NCBI GenBank assembly: GCA_963755715.1
Contig: CAVWLW010000033.1
Location: 160,001 to 224,000 of the forward strand
Origin: an uncultured delta proteobacterium
GTDB taxonomy: Bacteria; Desulfobacterota; Binatia; UBA9968
Reading direction: 5' to 3'
Length of the DNA: 64,000 nt
Shown: positions 1 through 11,283 of the stretch, one piece after another
Position numbering within the stretch: the stretch's first letter is position 1
Layout: each line of letters starts with the position of its first letter
The notes under the pieces: model-generated
Told to the model about the DNA's origin: nothing
The model's input: only the letters and a program-made list of their open reading frames with translations
Database searches by the model: none
Program-made: the position numbers and the translations under genes

Positions 1-816
1 CCGGCGCCGGGGATGGACGATCGCACACGCCGGCGCATTGGCCGGATCGCTATTCAAGGCGCGCGCGCCGTCGGGTACGTTGGCGCAGGGACGTTGGAGT
101 TTCTGCTCGACCAGGAACAAAATTTCTATTTCCTCGAAATGAACACGCGTCTCCAAGTCGAGCATGCGGTGACCGAGCGGGTCGTCGGCATCGATCTGGT
201 CAAAGCTCAGATTGAAGTCGCCGCCGGCGGTTACTTGCCGTGGCGCCAGCGCCATATCACGCAAACCGGCCACGCCATCGAGTGCCGCATTTACGCCGAG
301 GACCCGGAAAGAGATTTCATGCCCTGTCCGGGTAAGATCGAAGGGCTGCGCTTGCCTGAGGGACTCGGCTTGAGAAATGACTGCGGTGTCTACGAAGGCG
401 CCGAAGTGCCGATTTATTACGATCCGATGATCGCCAAGCTGATCACCTGGGGCGAAAATCGGATCGAGGCGATTCTGCGCATGCGCCGCGCCTTGCGCGA
501 ATACCAAGTGCGCGGCATCAAAACCAACATTTCATTCAACCAGTGGATCTTGCGCCACCCGCGCTTCATGTCCGGAGACGTCAATACCGGCTTCATCGAA
601 GAGGAATACCGCGCCTCGAATAGCGAAGAAGTGCTGCCGCACAAAGAAATCGCGCTTGCTTCCGCGGCGATCGCGGCGCTCCATCGCGAACAGGAACAGA
701 CTTTGGGACTTTTAGCCCGAGGAGCCGCCGAACCGTCGAAGTGGCGCGAGCAGGGCAAGCGCAATTCGCTGCGCCGCCACGAAAGTTTCACAGGCCGCGG
801 CTGGCGCCGCTCGTAA
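1..816 (+). CDS. accC: Biotin carboxylase subunit of acetyl/propionyl-CoA carboxylase (5' truncated by window edge)
   Basis: Motifs FLEMNTRLQVEH, GHAIECRIYAEDP, YYDPMIAKLI; frame is open from base 1. Confidence 0.93.
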   Translation, partial: PAPGMDDRTRRRIGRIAIQGARAVGYVGAGTLEFLLDQEQNFYFLEMNTRLQVEHAVTERVVGIDLVKAQIEVAAGGYLPWRQRHITQTGHAIECRIYAEDPERDFMPCPGKIEGLRLPEGLGLRNDCGVYEGAEVPIYYDPMIAKLITWGENRIEAILRMRRALREYQVRGIKTNISFNQWILRHPRFMSGDVNTGFIEEEYRASNSEEVLPHKEIALASAAIAALHREQEQTLGLLARGAAEPSKWREQGKRNSLRRHESFTGRGWRRS

Positions 817-826
817 GGCTTGAGAC

Positions 827-1330
827 ATGGCTTTTATCGCCAAGCTCGGAGAGCAGAGCTACACGGTCGAGATCGAAGAGAACGGCAAGTCGGTCTACCG
901 GGTTTCGGTCGACGGCAATGAATTCCTCGTCGATGGCAAGAAAACCGGACGGACCAATTTTTCCTTGATCGTCGATAACCGCTCCTTTGAAATCGAGGTC
1001 GACAACACGGATGACGAATACCGCGTGCTCGTCGACGGGCGCAATTATCGCATTCACCTCGTCGACGAGCGCCGCGTGCGGGTCGGCGCTGCGCAATCGG
1101 GTCTGCAACTTCAGGGGCGTCAGATGGTGTCGGTGCCGATGCCCGGGAAGATTATCGCGGTGCTGGTGGCGGTCGGCGACGCCGTAGAAATGGGTCAGGG
1201 ACTGGTGATCGTCGAGGCGATGAAAATGGAAAATGAGGTGCGCAGCCCGATCAGCGGGGAAGTCAAAGAGATCAAAGTCAAACCCGGCGACACCGTCGAA
1301 GGCGGCGCGCTGCTCGTGATCGTCGAGTAA
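827..1330 (+). CDS. Biotin carboxyl carrier protein with N-terminal BT-like domain
   Basis: EAMKM biotinylation motif and PMPGKI; directly follows the biotin carboxylase. Confidence 0.92.
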   Translation: MAFIAKLGEQSYTVEIEENGKSVYRVSVDGNEFLVDGKKTGRTNFSLIVDNRSFEIEVDNTDDEYRVLVDGRNYRIHLVDERRVRVGAAQSGLQLQGRQMVSVPMPGKIIAVLVAVGDAVEMGQGLVIVEAMKMENEVRSPISGEVKEIKVKPGDTVEGGALLVIVE

Positions 1331-1399
1331 CATGGTTTTAACCGATTTTTTGAGCGAAATTGTTGTCTGTCAGTTTTATTCGTGTTATAGCAGCGCTCG

Positions 1400-1951
1400 A
1401 TGATTCCGAAAAAATGTTTTTTTACCAAAGGAGTCGGCGTCCACAAGGAAAAGTTGGCGTCCTTCGAGTTGGCCTTGCGTTCGGCCGGGTTGGCCTACTG
1501 CAATCTAGTCCTGGTCTCGAGCATCTACCCGCCGGGCTGTAAGCGTATTTCCAAAGAAGAAGGCACCAAGCTGCTCCGGCCGGGCGAGATCGTCTTTTGC
1601 GTTTACGACCGCGAGAGCACCAACGAGCCGAACCGTTTAGTCGCGGCCTCGGTGGGCGTCGCCATTCCGGCGGATCAGGAGCAGCACGGTTATCTCTCCG
1701 AGCATCATTCGTTCGGCGAGACCGAAGAAAAAGCCGGCGAGTACGCCGAGGACTTGGCGGCCAGCATGTTAGCCACCACCCTTGGCATCGAATTCGACCC
1801 GGACACCGCCTGGGATGAGCGAGAAAACCTCTTCAAGATGTCCGGCAAGATCGTGCGCACTTCGAACATCACCCAATCGGCCATCGGCAACAAGGACGGG
1901 CTTTGGACCACGGTGTTTGCCGCCTGCGCCTTTATCAACGACGATAATTAG
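1400..1951 (+). CDS. pdaD: Pyruvoyl-dependent arginine decarboxylase
   Basis: [10 protein letters not shown]...[11 protein letters not shown] self-cleavage Ser-Ser motif; GYLSEHH. Confidence 0.88.
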   Translation: MIPKKCFFTKGVGVHKEKLASFELALRSAGLAYCNLVLVSSIYPPGCKRISKEEGTKLLRPGEIVFCVYDRESTNEPNRLVAASVGVAIPADQEQHGYLSEHHSFGETEEKAGEYAEDLAASMLATTLGIEFDPDTAWDERENLFKMSGKIVRTSNITQSAIGNKDGLWTTVFAACAFINDDN

Positions 1952-1981
1952 CCGAGCCGGCTTCTTTTTCGGATGTGTTCC

Positions 1982-2012
1982 AAAGGGCTGACCCCATGCG
2001 GTTGGCCCTTTT
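1982..2012. terminator. Bidirectional intrinsic terminator-like hairpin
   Basis: AAAGGGCTGACC / GGTTGGCCCTTT between convergent pdaD and tatC. Confidence 0.6.
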
Positions 2013-2785
2013 TATTTAGCGTCGCGTTCCAAACGATTCATTCTGTAACGCGCGGCGTAGGCCGCGCCGATGCTGATGGCATAGAGCAACAGCAGCGGCG
2101 CCATCAGGAGCAGTTGCGAGATAAAATCGGGCGGCGTTAATACCGCGGCGAGGAGCGCAAGCAGGACAACGGCGTAGCCGCTGTGACGCAGCAAAAATCG
2201 GTGATCGATGAGTCCCACGCGCGCGACAAAGAACGCCAGCACCGGCAGCTCGAACATCACGCCGAAGGCGAGCACGAGGCGAGAGACCAGCGATAAGTAA
2301 TCGCCGACCTGCAGCAGCGGTTGGATGTCGATCGCTTCGTAGCGGTGCAGCAGAAAACTCAACCCACCGCCAATCACGACTGCGTAACAGAATACCACGC
2401 CGCCAATGAAGAAAAACGACCCGAAGAGGGCGAAGCTCCGAGTGTAGCGCTTTTCATGCTCGTACAACCCCGGCGCGACAAATTGCCAAGCCTGCCAAAG
2501 CCAAACCGGCGAGGTGACAATGATCGCGGCGATGAACGAGACTTTCATTTTGGTAAAGAAAGCTTCGGTCACCGTCGTGCCGATCAGCGCGAGCCCATGA
2601 ATGTGCAGGCGCCGCACCGGCGCGACTAGGATGGCAAATATTTCATCGACGACGGCGTAACAGCCGGCAAAAGCGACCGCGATCGCGAGCGCGCTTTTGA
2701 TCAGTCGTGAGCGCAGCTCCGCCAGATGAGAGGTAAAGGGCATCTGGACGTCAGAAGCCTGCCCGTTACCGACAATCGTGTTCAC
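2012..2785 (-). CDS. tatC: Twin-arginine translocase subunit TatC
   Basis: [36 protein letters not shown]; six hydrophobic segments; GTGA overlap with tatA. Confidence 0.95.
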   Translation of the reverse strand: MNTIVGNGQASDVQMPFTSHLAELRSRLIKSALAIAVAFAGCYAVVDEIFAILVAPVRRLHIHGLALIGTTVTEAFFTKMKVSFIAAIIVTSPVWLWQAWQFVAPGLYEHEKRYTRSFALFGSFFFIGGVVFCYAVVIGGGLSFLLHRYEAIDIQPLLQVGDYLSLVSRLVLAFGVMFELPVLAFFVARVGLIDHRFLLRHSGYAVVLLALLAAVLTPPDFISQLLLMAPLLLLYAISIGAAYAARYRMNRLERDAK

Positions 2786-3054
2786 GTCTTTGCAGCAGTG
2801 GCTGGAGGATTTTCCGGCTTAGTTTCAGGCGGCTTTTCTAGCGACGGCTCGTCTTTATGGGTTGCGCTCGGCGCGGTATCTTCGGTGTCGCGCTCCATCT
2901 GGCGGAATTCGTCTTTCAATTCGTCAGTCGCGCGACGAAACTCAGCCAGGCCCTTGCCCAACGCGCGCGCGAGTTCGGGCAATTTCTTCGGTCCCAGCAC
3001 GATCAGCGCCAGGCCGAGAATCAAAAGCAACTCTGGCATGCCGATACCAAACAT
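2782..3054 (-). CDS. tatA: TatA/TatB family translocase subunit
   Basis: [34 protein letters not shown]. Confidence 0.92.
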   Translation of the reverse strand: MFGIGMPELLLILGLALIVLGPKKLPELARALGKGLAEFRRATDELKDEFRQMERDTEDTAPSATHKDEPSLEKPPETKPENPPATAAKT

Positions 3055-3139
3055 GAAGGTAAACTATGCGATTTCGCGGGCCGGCGCAAGAATTGCCCGC
3101 TACTTTGCAGGAGCGCCGACGAGATGTTAGGTTATTTCG

Positions 3140-4168
3140 ATGGCAAAGCCGCTGGTCGTCATCGACCAAGGATATTTAAAACATCTGCCCGGCGAGTCTC
3201 ATCCCGAACGTCCCGAACGTATTCAAGCGCTGCTCAACTTGGCCGGCGCTCTTGATAAACAAATGTTTGAGCTCGCTTCTCCCCGGGCGGCGACCCGCGC
3301 CGATGTCGAATACACTCACGGCGCCGATCACGTACGTCTGGTCGAATCGACCTCGAAGCACAATCGCTACGCGCTCGACGGCGATACGATTACCTGCCGC
3401 GATTCGTTCGGCGTCGCCTTGTTGGCGGTGGGAGGATTTTTAACTTTGTTGGATGCCATTGCGTCAAAGCAAAGCTCAAACGGTTTTGCCCTGGTCCGGC
3501 CGCCAGGCCATCACGCCTTGCGCGATCACGCGATGGGTTTTTGCTTGTTCAACACCATGGCGATCGGCGCCGAATATTTAAAGCGCGTCTACGGCGCAAA
3601 AAAGATTTTGATCATGGACTGGGACGTGCATCATGGCAACGGCACTCAGGCGGCGTTTTACGACGATCCTACGGTTTTATTTATTTCCACGCACCAGTTT
3701 CCGTTCTATCCCGGCAGCGGCGCGGTCAACGAAACCGGCGTCGGCGCGGGTGAAGGTTTTACGCTCAACGTCCCGCTTCCGGCCGGCTGCACCGACGCCG
3801 AATATCTGCAAGTCTTCCAAGATATCGTCGTTCCCGCCGCCGAGAAATTTCAGCCCGATTGGATTTTAGTTTCGGCCGGATTCGATCCGCACCGGCGCGA
3901 TCCGCTCGGCGGCATGAATGTCACCGAAGAGGGCTTCGGCGCCATGGCGCGTTTGCTTCTGGCGCTGGCGAACAGGTTTGCCGATGGGCGGATCGCCTTC
4001 TTACTCGAAGGCGGCTACGATCTGGCCGGACTGCGCGATTCCGTGGCGGCAGTGTTGGCCGCCATGCAAGCCCAAGTTCCGCCGCCCGCCGGGCATTTGC
4101 CACTGGCTGAGAGCAGGATCGAGCCGGTTATCCGTCGCATACTACAAGTGCACGAAAAGTATCAATAA
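3140..4168 (+). CDS. Histone deacetylase family (AcuC/APAH-like) Zn deacetylase
   Basis: HPERPER, RPPGHH, GFCLFN, DWDVHHGNGTQ, SAGFD, LEGGY. Confidence 0.93.
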   Translation: MAKPLVVIDQGYLKHLPGESHPERPERIQALLNLAGALDKQMFELASPRAATRADVEYTHGADHVRLVESTSKHNRYALDGDTITCRDSFGVALLAVGGFLTLLDAIASKQSSNGFALVRPPGHHALRDHAMGFCLFNTMAIGAEYLKRVYGAKKILIMDWDVHHGNGTQAAFYDDPTVLFISTHQFPFYPGSGAVNETGVGAGEGFTLNVPLPAGCTDAEYLQVFQDIVVPAAEKFQPDWILVSAGFDPHRRDPLGGMNVTEEGFGAMARLLLALANRFADGRIAFLLEGGYDLAGLRDSVAAVLAAMQAQVPPPAGHLPLAESRIEPVIRRILQVHEKYQ

Positions 4169-4255
4169 ACTAAATTCCCATTAACTATTGACCCTCTCGA
4201 ATGACTCATCTATCTTTACGCAAATCCGCCACAGTTTAGCTAGGAATCGTAAAAC

Positions 4256-5500
4256 ATGCATGAACAACGCAGAGTTGTCGTCACCGGACTTGGTTTGATC
4301 TCGCCCTTGGGCACCGGTGTCGATAAAAATTGGCGTGCCTTGATCGAAGGGCGATCGGGCATCAGGTCGATCACGCGCTTTGCCACCGACGGATTCGCCT
4401 CGCGCATCGCCGGCGAGGTGCCGGATTTCAAAGTCGAAGATTTTATCGAGCCCAAAGAGATCAAGAAGATGGATATTTTCATCCATTACGCTGTGGGCGC
4501 GGCGTCTATGGCGATGGCCGACAGCGGTCTCAAAATCGAGGGTGAGTTTGCTGAAACGGTCGGTGTCATCATCGGCGTCGGTTTGTGCGGCCTCGATACG
4601 ATCGAAACCACCAAGGAAGCATTATTGAGCGGCGGTCCACGCAAAATATCGCCGTTTTTCATTCCTAAAGTCATTTCCAATCTGGCGCCGGGTCACGTCG
4701 CGATTCGCTTCGGTGCCAAGGGCGTCAACTGGACGCCGACCTCCGCTTGTGCTTCAGGGACGCACGCGATCGGTGAAGCGTTTCATCTCATTCAGCGCGG
4801 GCTCCAGGATGCGGTCATTGCCGGCGGCGCCGAATCGACGATTACGCCTTTGGCCGTGGGCGGGTTCGCCGCCATGAAAGCGCTCTCGACGCGCAACGAC
4901 GAGCCGGAGCGGGCAAGCCGGCCGTTCGACAAAGAGCGCGACGGTTTTGTCATCGGCGAAGGATCCGGAGTGTTAATTCTCGAAGAGCGCGAACACGCGC
5001 TCGCGCGCGGCGCGAGGATCTACGGCGAAGTGATTGGTTATGCCGCAACCGGCGATGCTTATCACATGACCGCTCCGGCACCTGACGGCGAAGGCGCGGC
5101 GCGCTGCATGCGCTTGGCGCTCAAAGACGCTGGGCTGGCGCCGACCGACGTCGATTACATCAACGCACACGGCACTTCGACGGAGTACAACGACGCCAAC
5201 GAAACCAAGGCGATCAAGACGGTATTCGGCGAGCAAGCGGCCAAGGTCGCGGTGAGCTCGACGAAGTCAATGACGGGTCACTTGCTCGGCGCGGCTGGCG
5301 CCGTCGAAGGCGTCTATTCCGTGCTGACGCTTTACCACGGTATCATTCCGCCGACGATCAATTATGAAAATCCCGACCCCGAGTGCGATCTCGACTATGT
5401 GCCCAACAAAGCGCGCAAGGCGGACGTAAAGGTGGTGTTGTCCAACTCTTTCGGTTTTGGCGGCACCAACGCTTGCGTGATTTTTCGGAGAGCCCAATGA
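4256..5500 (+). CDS. fabF: 3-oxoacyl-ACP synthase II
   Basis: [42 protein letters not shown]. Confidence 0.96.
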   Translation: MHEQRRVVVTGLGLISPLGTGVDKNWRALIEGRSGIRSITRFATDGFASRIAGEVPDFKVEDFIEPKEIKKMDIFIHYAVGAASMAMADSGLKIEGEFAETVGVIIGVGLCGLDTIETTKEALLSGGPRKISPFFIPKVISNLAPGHVAIRFGAKGVNWTPTSACASGTHAIGEAFHLIQRGLQDAVIAGGAESTITPLAVGGFAAMKALSTRNDEPERASRPFDKERDGFVIGEGSGVLILEEREHALARGARIYGEVIGYAATGDAYHMTAPAPDGEGAARCMRLALKDAGLAPTDVDYINAHGTSTEYNDANETKAIKTVFGEQAAKVAVSSTKSMTGHLLGAAGAVEGVYSVLTLYHGIIPPTINYENPDPECDLDYVPNKARKADVKVVLSNSFGFGGTNACVIFRRAQ

Positions 5501-6489
5501 GCGCAGCGCAACGACGCAGCGTGATTTTGGGCACCGGCTCCGAGCTGCCCACGAAGGTGGTGACCAATCGCGACCTGGAAAAAATGGTCGAGACCAGCGA
5601 CGAATGGATCACGGTGCGCACCGGGATTAAAGAGCGGCGCATCCTCGAAGAGGGCAAAGGCAATGCCGACATGGCGTTTGTGGCCGCCCGGCGAGCCCTC
5701 GATGACGCCGGCGTCGAGCCCAATGATCTTGACGCGATCATCATGGGAACCGTCAGCGCGGACTATTTAATGCCGAGCTCGGCCTGTGTGCTGGAAGATT
5801 TGCTCGGCGCGCGCAACGCATTCTCCTTCGATGTCGGCGCGGCGTGTTCGGGATTTATCAATGCCATCTCGGTGGCGGATTCTTTTATTCGTTCGGGCAA
5901 AATCAACAAGGCTCTGGTTGTCGGTTCCGACACGCTCAGCCGCTGGCTCAATTGGCAGGATCGCACCACCTGCATTCTCTTTGGTGACGCCGCCGGCGCG
6001 GTGGTCCTGGGTGCTTCGGAAAACGGCGCCGGCATTCTCAGCACCAAGCTGCGCACCGACGGCTCTTACGTCAAACAGCTCTACGTGCCGGCGGGCGGCT
6101 CGCTCCAACCGGCGACGCCGGCGACCGTGCAGCGCAACGAACATACGATCACGATGAACGGCAAGGAAGTCTTCAAGATCGCCGTGCGTTCGATGGAGGA
6201 AATCAGCCGCCAGGCGCTGGCCGAGGCCGGCGTCGCCGTCGAGCAGGTTTCACTGGTGATCCCGCATCAGGCCAATCGCCGGATCATCGTCGCGCTCGCC
6301 GAGCGGCTCGGCGTGCCGATGGAAAGAGTGATGGTGAATGTCGATAAATACGGCAACACTTCCGCGGCGTCGATCCCGGTCGCATTGGACGAAGCCAAAC
6401 GCCAAGGGCGGATCAAGCCCGGCGACATCGTGCTGTTTAACGCCTTCGGCGCCGGCTTTGCCTGGGGTGCCGCCGTGGTGAAATTCTAG
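5497..6489 (+). CDS. fabH: 3-oxoacyl-ACP synthase III
   Basis: [26 protein letters not shown]; start ATG at 5497 overlaps the fabF stop (ATGA). Confidence 0.95.
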   Translation: MSAAQRRSVILGTGSELPTKVVTNRDLEKMVETSDEWITVRTGIKERRILEEGKGNADMAFVAARRALDDAGVEPNDLDAIIMGTVSADYLMPSSACVLEDLLGARNAFSFDVGAACSGFINAISVADSFIRSGKINKALVVGSDTLSRWLNWQDRTTCILFGDAAGAVVLGASENGAGILSTKLRTDGSYVKQLYVPAGGSLQPATPATVQRNEHTITMNGKEVFKIAVRSMEEISRQALAEAGVAVEQVSLVIPHQANRRIIVALAERLGVPMERVMVNVDKYGNTSAASIPVALDEAKRQGRIKPGDIVLFNAFGAGFAWGAAVVKF

Positions 6490-6509
6490 CTCGCTCGTGC
6501 TCCGGCCAA

Positions 6510-7857
6510 TTATTTTCGCGTGTGTCTTTCCGTTACCTCTGCTCGGAGATCGTTGAGCAGCGCTGAGAATTCAACTGGATACTGATGCGGCTTTCGAATC
6601 GATTTGACCGCCGGCGGCAACCCGGCGAAGTCGGCGGCGAAGAGCTCCCGGCTCTCTTTCAAAGACGGGTCGGGCTCGGTTTTTTTGCCGCCGCGCATAA
6701 CTTCTTTCAGCAACCTCTCTCCGCCGAGCTGCTCGTCGCGCAAGCCGATAACGTCGCGTGTGAAAACTCCCGTGCTATCGCGCAGCCGAAACAACTGCTT
6801 TCGTCCGGGCAACGAAACTTTTCCGGTGCTGAGCTTTAGGACAGGCCGGTTTTGGTATTCCACCAGTTTGTAGGACATGTCCGTCCATGGCACGTCGGCC
6901 GACGTGCCCATTTTGGTGCCGACGCCGTAGCTATCGAAGGGCACGTTGGCAGCGCTAAACTCGGCCAAGTCATATTCGTCCAAGCCGCCGCTGCCGATGA
7001 TCTTCAGCTCCGTCAAATTGGCCTCGTCGAAAATCTTTCTGACCTGGCGCGCCAGTTCCGCCAAATCACCGCTGTCGATGCGCACGCCGAGCAGTTTCTG
7101 CCCGCGCGCGGTCATTTCTTTAGCCACCTGCACGGCATGGCGCGCGCCCTGCAAGCGTGTCGTAGGTATCGATGAGCAGGATCGCGTTCTGCGGGAAGCT
7201 GGCGACATAAGCTCGAAAAGCGTCGATCTCGCGCTCGAAGCTCGACACGAACGAGTGGGCCATGGTGCCGACGATCGGAATTCCATAGTCCTGTCCCGCC
7301 ATGACGTTGCTGGTGCCGACGAAGCCCGTGAGGTAGCTGGCGCGGGCGACTTTCATGCCGGCATCGATGCCGTGGGTGCGGCGTAGCGCAAAGTCAACCA
7401 CTGGCCGGCCCTGGGCGGCATAGACGCAGCGCGCGGCTTTAGTCGCGATGAGTGTTTGCAGATGGAGCTGATTGATGATGAACGTCTCGATGATCTGGGC
7501 CTGAATGACCGGCGCGGTGACTTCCAGGACCGGTTCGTCTTTAAAAAATATTTTTCCTTCAGGAATCGCCCAAACGTCGCCGGTGAAGCGGAGCTCGGTT
7601 AGGTGACGCAGAAATTCGTCCGAAAACTGTTTTTGCCGGGCTAGATATTCGATCGCGGCGGGATCGAAAGCGAAGTTTTCGAGATAATCCAAGACGTCGC
7701 ACAAGCCGGCCGAAACGAAATAGCCTCGATCGAGCGGATAGGAGCGGATAAATAGGCTGAAAGTGGCATCACCGAGCTGCTGCTCGCGAAAATAGCTCTG
7801 CGCCATCGTCAGTTGATAAAGATCGGTCAGCAGCGTCAAGTTTCTCTGCGCGGGCAT
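6510..7857 (-). CDS. pncB: Nicotinate phosphoribosyltransferase, split by a +1 frameshift near 7148 (probable sequencing error)
   Basis: LLTDLYQLTM, DFALRRTHG, GTMAHS, LIDTYDT in the first frame, then GVRIDSGD, SGGLDE, GVGT in the next; extra G in GCAGGGCGCG. Confidence 0.9.
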
Positions 7858-8004
7858 TGCGGCTCCAATCAAGCGCGAGTGTAGTTTAAAATGGGCCATC
7901 GAGTAAAGCTCGCGACCGGCCTGTGTTGTTGATTTATCCGCACCATTTTGTTAAGGATTTTCAATACTAGCCGCGCTTAATCGGTCATCAACAGGAGGAC
8001 GTTA

Positions 8005-8727
8005 ATGTTCACCGACAAAGTCGAACTCAAGGACTTCGAGAAACAGGATCCGGAATATCAGGATTTGCTCCGTCGCGTGCTCGCCATCCAGGCGGACTGC
8101 GAAATCGGCGGACCGAATCTTTATGTAAAGCACATTCTACCGTCGGCGCCGACCAAGCTGGATCAGCTCATTGTCGCCCGCACGGCCGCCGAGGAAATGG
8201 ATCATTTCCGAAAAATGGCCCGTTTGGCTGGTGACATTGGCGTAGATGTTACCTACACGCTCAGCCGACCCAACCAAGAAAGATATGTCGAGGCATTTCG
8301 CGGCGAAATCAAAACTTGGGAAGATTATGCCGTATTCGGATTTCTCGTCGATCGAGTCGGTCGGTTTCAGCTCGAGGAGTTTCTCGATTGCACTTACCTG
8401 CCGCTGGCCCGCGTCGTTGAAGATCCTGACATCATCCGCGAAGAAGAAGGACACGTCGACTTCGGCACCAACGCAGCGGCGGAGTACGCGGCCAAGGGCG
8501 GCGAGTCCAAGGAAAGAATTCAAAGAGCAGTCGACTATTGGTACGTCAAAGGTCTCGACATGTTCGGCAATTCCAAGTCGTACCGTTCCGAGCGCTACAT
8601 GTTCTGGGGCTTGAAGCGCCGCCAAAACGCGGTGGCGCGCCAGCAGTACAAAGACGAGATCGACGCGCTGATTTTGAAAATGGGTCTTACGCTCCCCGAT
8701 CCCAACAAGGGGCGGCTTTATACATAA
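8005..8727 (+). CDS. PaaA/BoxB-like ferritin-fold diiron protein (aryl-CoA epoxidase catalytic-type subunit)
   Basis: QADCE, EEMDH, LVDRVG, EEEGH diiron ligand pattern; YW..GLDMFG and WGLK motifs; RBS AGGAGG. Confidence 0.75.
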   Translation: MFTDKVELKDFEKQDPEYQDLLRRVLAIQADCEIGGPNLYVKHILPSAPTKLDQLIVARTAAEEMDHFRKMARLAGDIGVDVTYTLSRPNQERYVEAFRGEIKTWEDYAVFGFLVDRVGRFQLEEFLDCTYLPLARVVEDPDIIREEEGHVDFGTNAAAEYAAKGGESKERIQRAVDYWYVKGLDMFGNSKSYRSERYMFWGLKRRQNAVARQQYKDEIDALILKMGLTLPDPNKGRLYT

Positions 8728-8744
8728 GGGAGAGAGGAAAAGCT

Positions 8745-8937
8745 ATGGAACCAGCAGCTAACACAGAAGCCTTAGATCAGCAGTTTAAGGAATTTATTCA
8801 AGGCGATAAAAAAAGCGGTGGGCGCCGGCATACCGCATCTCAAGGACGATCCGAAAATCGTCGACCAGTCGATTGCTGACTGCAAGGAGATTTTGGATGT
8901 CGTCATGGAAGGCAATGTGAAAGAGTGGCTTGCCTGA
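8745..8937 (+). CDS. Small hypothetical protein (~63 aa) masked by a +1 frameshift near 8800
   Basis: RBS GAGAGG; span is 3n+1; removing one base at CAAGGCG gives MEPAANTEALDQQFKEFIQAIKKAVGAGIPHLKDDPKIVDQSIADCKEILDVVMEGNVKEWLA*. Confidence 0.6.
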
Positions 8938-8971
8938 GCCGCCTTCAACATCGCGTCCGCTAAAGGTTTGT

Positions 8972-9005
8972 CAAAGGCGCCTGGATTTTCTAGGCGCCTT
9001 TGTTT
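8972..9005 (+). terminator. Hairpin between the small ORF and etfB
   Basis: CAAAGGCGCCT / AGGCGCCTTTG followed by TTT. Confidence 0.5.
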
Positions 9006-9047
9006 ATCAGCGACCGTTGCGTCGCTGTTCCAGAGGAGAGCGAAACA

Positions 9048-9827
9048 TTGAACGTTGTCGTTTGCGGTAAAGTAATTCCCGCCAGCACCGTCACCATCGA
9101 AATCGACCCGAACACCAAGCGCATGATGCGCAAGGGCGTGCCGCACGAGCTCGATCCGGCTGCCGCGAGCGCGGTGGAAGAAGGGCTGCGCCTGACCGAG
9201 AAGCACGGCGGCACAGTGACGCTTGTGACGATGGGCATCAGCGACATCACCATCGGCATTCGCAACGCTTTGGCGATGGGCGCGACTTCGGCAGTGCATA
9301 TTTTGGACGACGCCGTGGCCGGTTCCGATACGCTCGGCACGGCGAAACTCTTGGCCGCTGCCATCAAGAAACAAGAATTCGATTTGGTCATTTGCGCGAC
9401 GGAAAGCAGCGACAGTTACTCCGGCATCGTGCCCGGGCAGATCGCTCATTTTCTCGGCGTGCCGCCGCTGACCTTCGCCAAAGAAATCGTTGTCGACGGC
9501 GGTAAAATCACGATCAAGCGCCAAAGCGAGAGCGGTTACGACACCGTCGAGGCTGCGTTGCCTGCGCTGGTGGCCTGCAGCAGCGGTATCAATGAACCGC
9601 GCTATCCGCAGCTCAAGGGCATCATGGCGGCGAAGAAAAAAGAGATCAAAGTCTACACTGCAGCGGATCTTGGTCTGGCGGCGGATCAGGTCGGCGAGAA
9701 GGGCGCGCGGGAAAAAGTCCTCACCATCGGCCGGCCGGCCAAACGCCAGGCGGGCAGAGCAGTGACCGACGAAGGCGAAGGCGGCAAGCAGATCGCAGAT
9801 TTTCTTGCGGAAATCAAGGTGATCTAA
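9048..9827 (+). CDS. etfB: Electron transfer flavoprotein beta subunit
   Basis: AVEEGLRL, ALAMGA, INEPRYPQLKGIMAAKKK; TTG start after GAGGAG. Confidence 0.92.
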   Translation: MNVVVCGKVIPASTVTIEIDPNTKRMMRKGVPHELDPAAASAVEEGLRLTEKHGGTVTLVTMGISDITIGIRNALAMGATSAVHILDDAVAGSDTLGTAKLLAAAIKKQEFDLVICATESSDSYSGIVPGQIAHFLGVPPLTFAKEIVVDGGKITIKRQSESGYDTVEAALPALVACSSGINEPRYPQLKGIMAAKKKEIKVYTAADLGLAADQVGEKGAREKVLTIGRPAKRQAGRAVTDEGEGGKQIADFLAEIKVI

Positions 9828-10796
9828 GTGGCGGACACAATCTGGGTATACGCTGAAATCAGCGAGGACAAAATAACCACGACCACTTTGGAGATGCTTG
9901 CCAAGGCGTCCGAAGCCGGCAAAGCGGAGGCGATACTCCTGGGACCCGCGCCCGAGGACGCCGTCCAGACGCTCGCTAAACATGGGGCGAGCAAGATTTA
10001 CCATTGCGCGGACGCGGTCTACACGGATTATTTAACCTTACCGGCGGCCGAGACGGTCGCCGGTTTGATTCAAAAGCATAGTCCAGCGGTGATGCTCTTC
10101 GCATCGAGTTATTCCGGCCGCGATCTGGTCGCCAACCTGAGCGCGCGGCTCGATTGCGGCGCGATTACCGACGTGGGCGATTTTCAACTCAAGGACGGCA
10201 GCGTCGAAGCGACGATTCCCGCGCTCGGCGCCAGCTACCAGAACACCAGCACGCTGGTGAGTCAGGGCACGAAGCTTCTAGTCGTGCGTCCTAAATCCTT
10301 CGAGCCGAAAGTCAACGAGCAGCCGGTGAGCGTCGAAGAAATACCGGCGGCATCGGCCGAAGGGCTGCGCAAAGTTCACATGAAAGAGCGGGTGGTCGTC
10401 AAGCGCGAAGGGCCGTCGCTCGAAGGCGCGAAGATCGTCATTTCCGGCGGGCGCGGGCTCAAGGGCGAAGAGCAATTCTCCATTCTCAAAGAACTCGCCG
10501 ATGTCCTCGGCGCCGCCGTCGGCGCCAGCCGCGCCGCGGTCGACGCCGGCTGGGTTCCCTACGCCATGCAGATCGGCCAGACCGGCAAAACCGTCAAGCC
10601 CGACGTCTACTTCGCCGTCGGCATCTCCGGCGCCGTGCAGCATCTCTCCGGCATGAAGACTTCCAAATACATCATCACCATCAACAAAGATCCCGAAGCG
10701 CCGATCTTTCAGTACTCCGACTTCGGCATCGTCGGCGATCTTTTCAAAGTCGTGCCGCAGTTGATCGAAGAGTTGAAAAAGCGCAAAGGCGCGTAG
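9828..10796 (+). CDS. etfA: Electron transfer flavoprotein alpha subunit
   Basis: [37 protein letters not shown]. Confidence 0.95.
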   Translation: MADTIWVYAEISEDKITTTTLEMLAKASEAGKAEAILLGPAPEDAVQTLAKHGASKIYHCADAVYTDYLTLPAAETVAGLIQKHSPAVMLFASSYSGRDLVANLSARLDCGAITDVGDFQLKDGSVEATIPALGASYQNTSTLVSQGTKLLVVRPKSFEPKVNEQPVSVEEIPAASAEGLRKVHMKERVVVKREGPSLEGAKIVISGGRGLKGEEQFSILKELADVLGAAVGASRAAVDAGWVPYAMQIGQTGKTVKPDVYFAVGISGAVQHLSGMKTSKYIITINKDPEAPIFQYSDFGIVGDLFKVVPQLIEELKKRKGA

Positions 10797-10824
10797 GTTC
10801 AATTCAACCACGAAGAAAACCACT

Positions 10825-10860
10825 GTAGGGGCGCGATTCATCGCGCCCTTTTTTGTTTTG
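10825..10860 (+). terminator. GTAG-type REP-like palindrome / terminator
   Basis: GTAGGGGCGCGA-TTCA-TCGCGCCC followed by a T-run after etfA. Confidence 0.6.
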
Positions 10861-11085
10861 CAGGTTGTCGCTCTGGTCAGGTTGGAATGTCGCATACAAT
10901 CCCGTGCGATTCGCGAATTCGGTGCGAACTTGTCGGTAGAAGGCCGCTTATTTCATATGAGAGATGAACCATTAAACAACATTGCCTAATTTGATGCTGA
11001 CAGCCAACGACATTCGCGCCGAAGGCAATTTGATATCGCCCAGGCGATCCCCTGCTATTCTAGCGATGAGTGGAGCGATTGTACT

Positions 11086-11283
11086 ATGAAAACTGATCTC
11101 AAGGCCGAACTAGAGTGGTTGTCGCTGGCCAAGTTGGTTGCCGAATTCACCCGGGAGCTAAGCTTGCAATACCTGATTCCTGTCGACCTGAGCGATGGAG
11201 GCAAAGACTATATTCGAAGCCTTATTGTGCCCAGTGGCTATCGGAACCTAGGGGTCGAGCGATTTCATTCCCTCGTTTCATAG
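11086..11283 (+). CDS. Small hypothetical protein (65 aa)
   Basis: ATG preceded by GGAG; fills an intergenic gap; no recognisable motif. Confidence 0.35.
   Translation: MKTDLKAELEWLSLAKLVAEFTRELSLQYLIPVDLSDGGKDYIRSLIVPSGYRNLGVERFHSLVS

Noticed and set aside
1400-4168. Polyamine module (pdaD plus HDAC-family deacetylase)
   Set aside because: Separated by tatAC on the opposite strand; substrate specificity of the deacetylase cannot be read from the sequence
4256-6489. fabF-fabH as a type II PKS cluster
   Set aside because: Canonical FAS II active-site motifs; no chain-length factor, ACP or tailoring genes
8772-10004. 410-aa antisense ORF and many other long overlapping ORFs (e.g. 42220-43134, 53219-54133, 21991-22857)
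   Set aside because: Shadow ORFs opposite well-supported genes in GC-rich DNA, with no motifs
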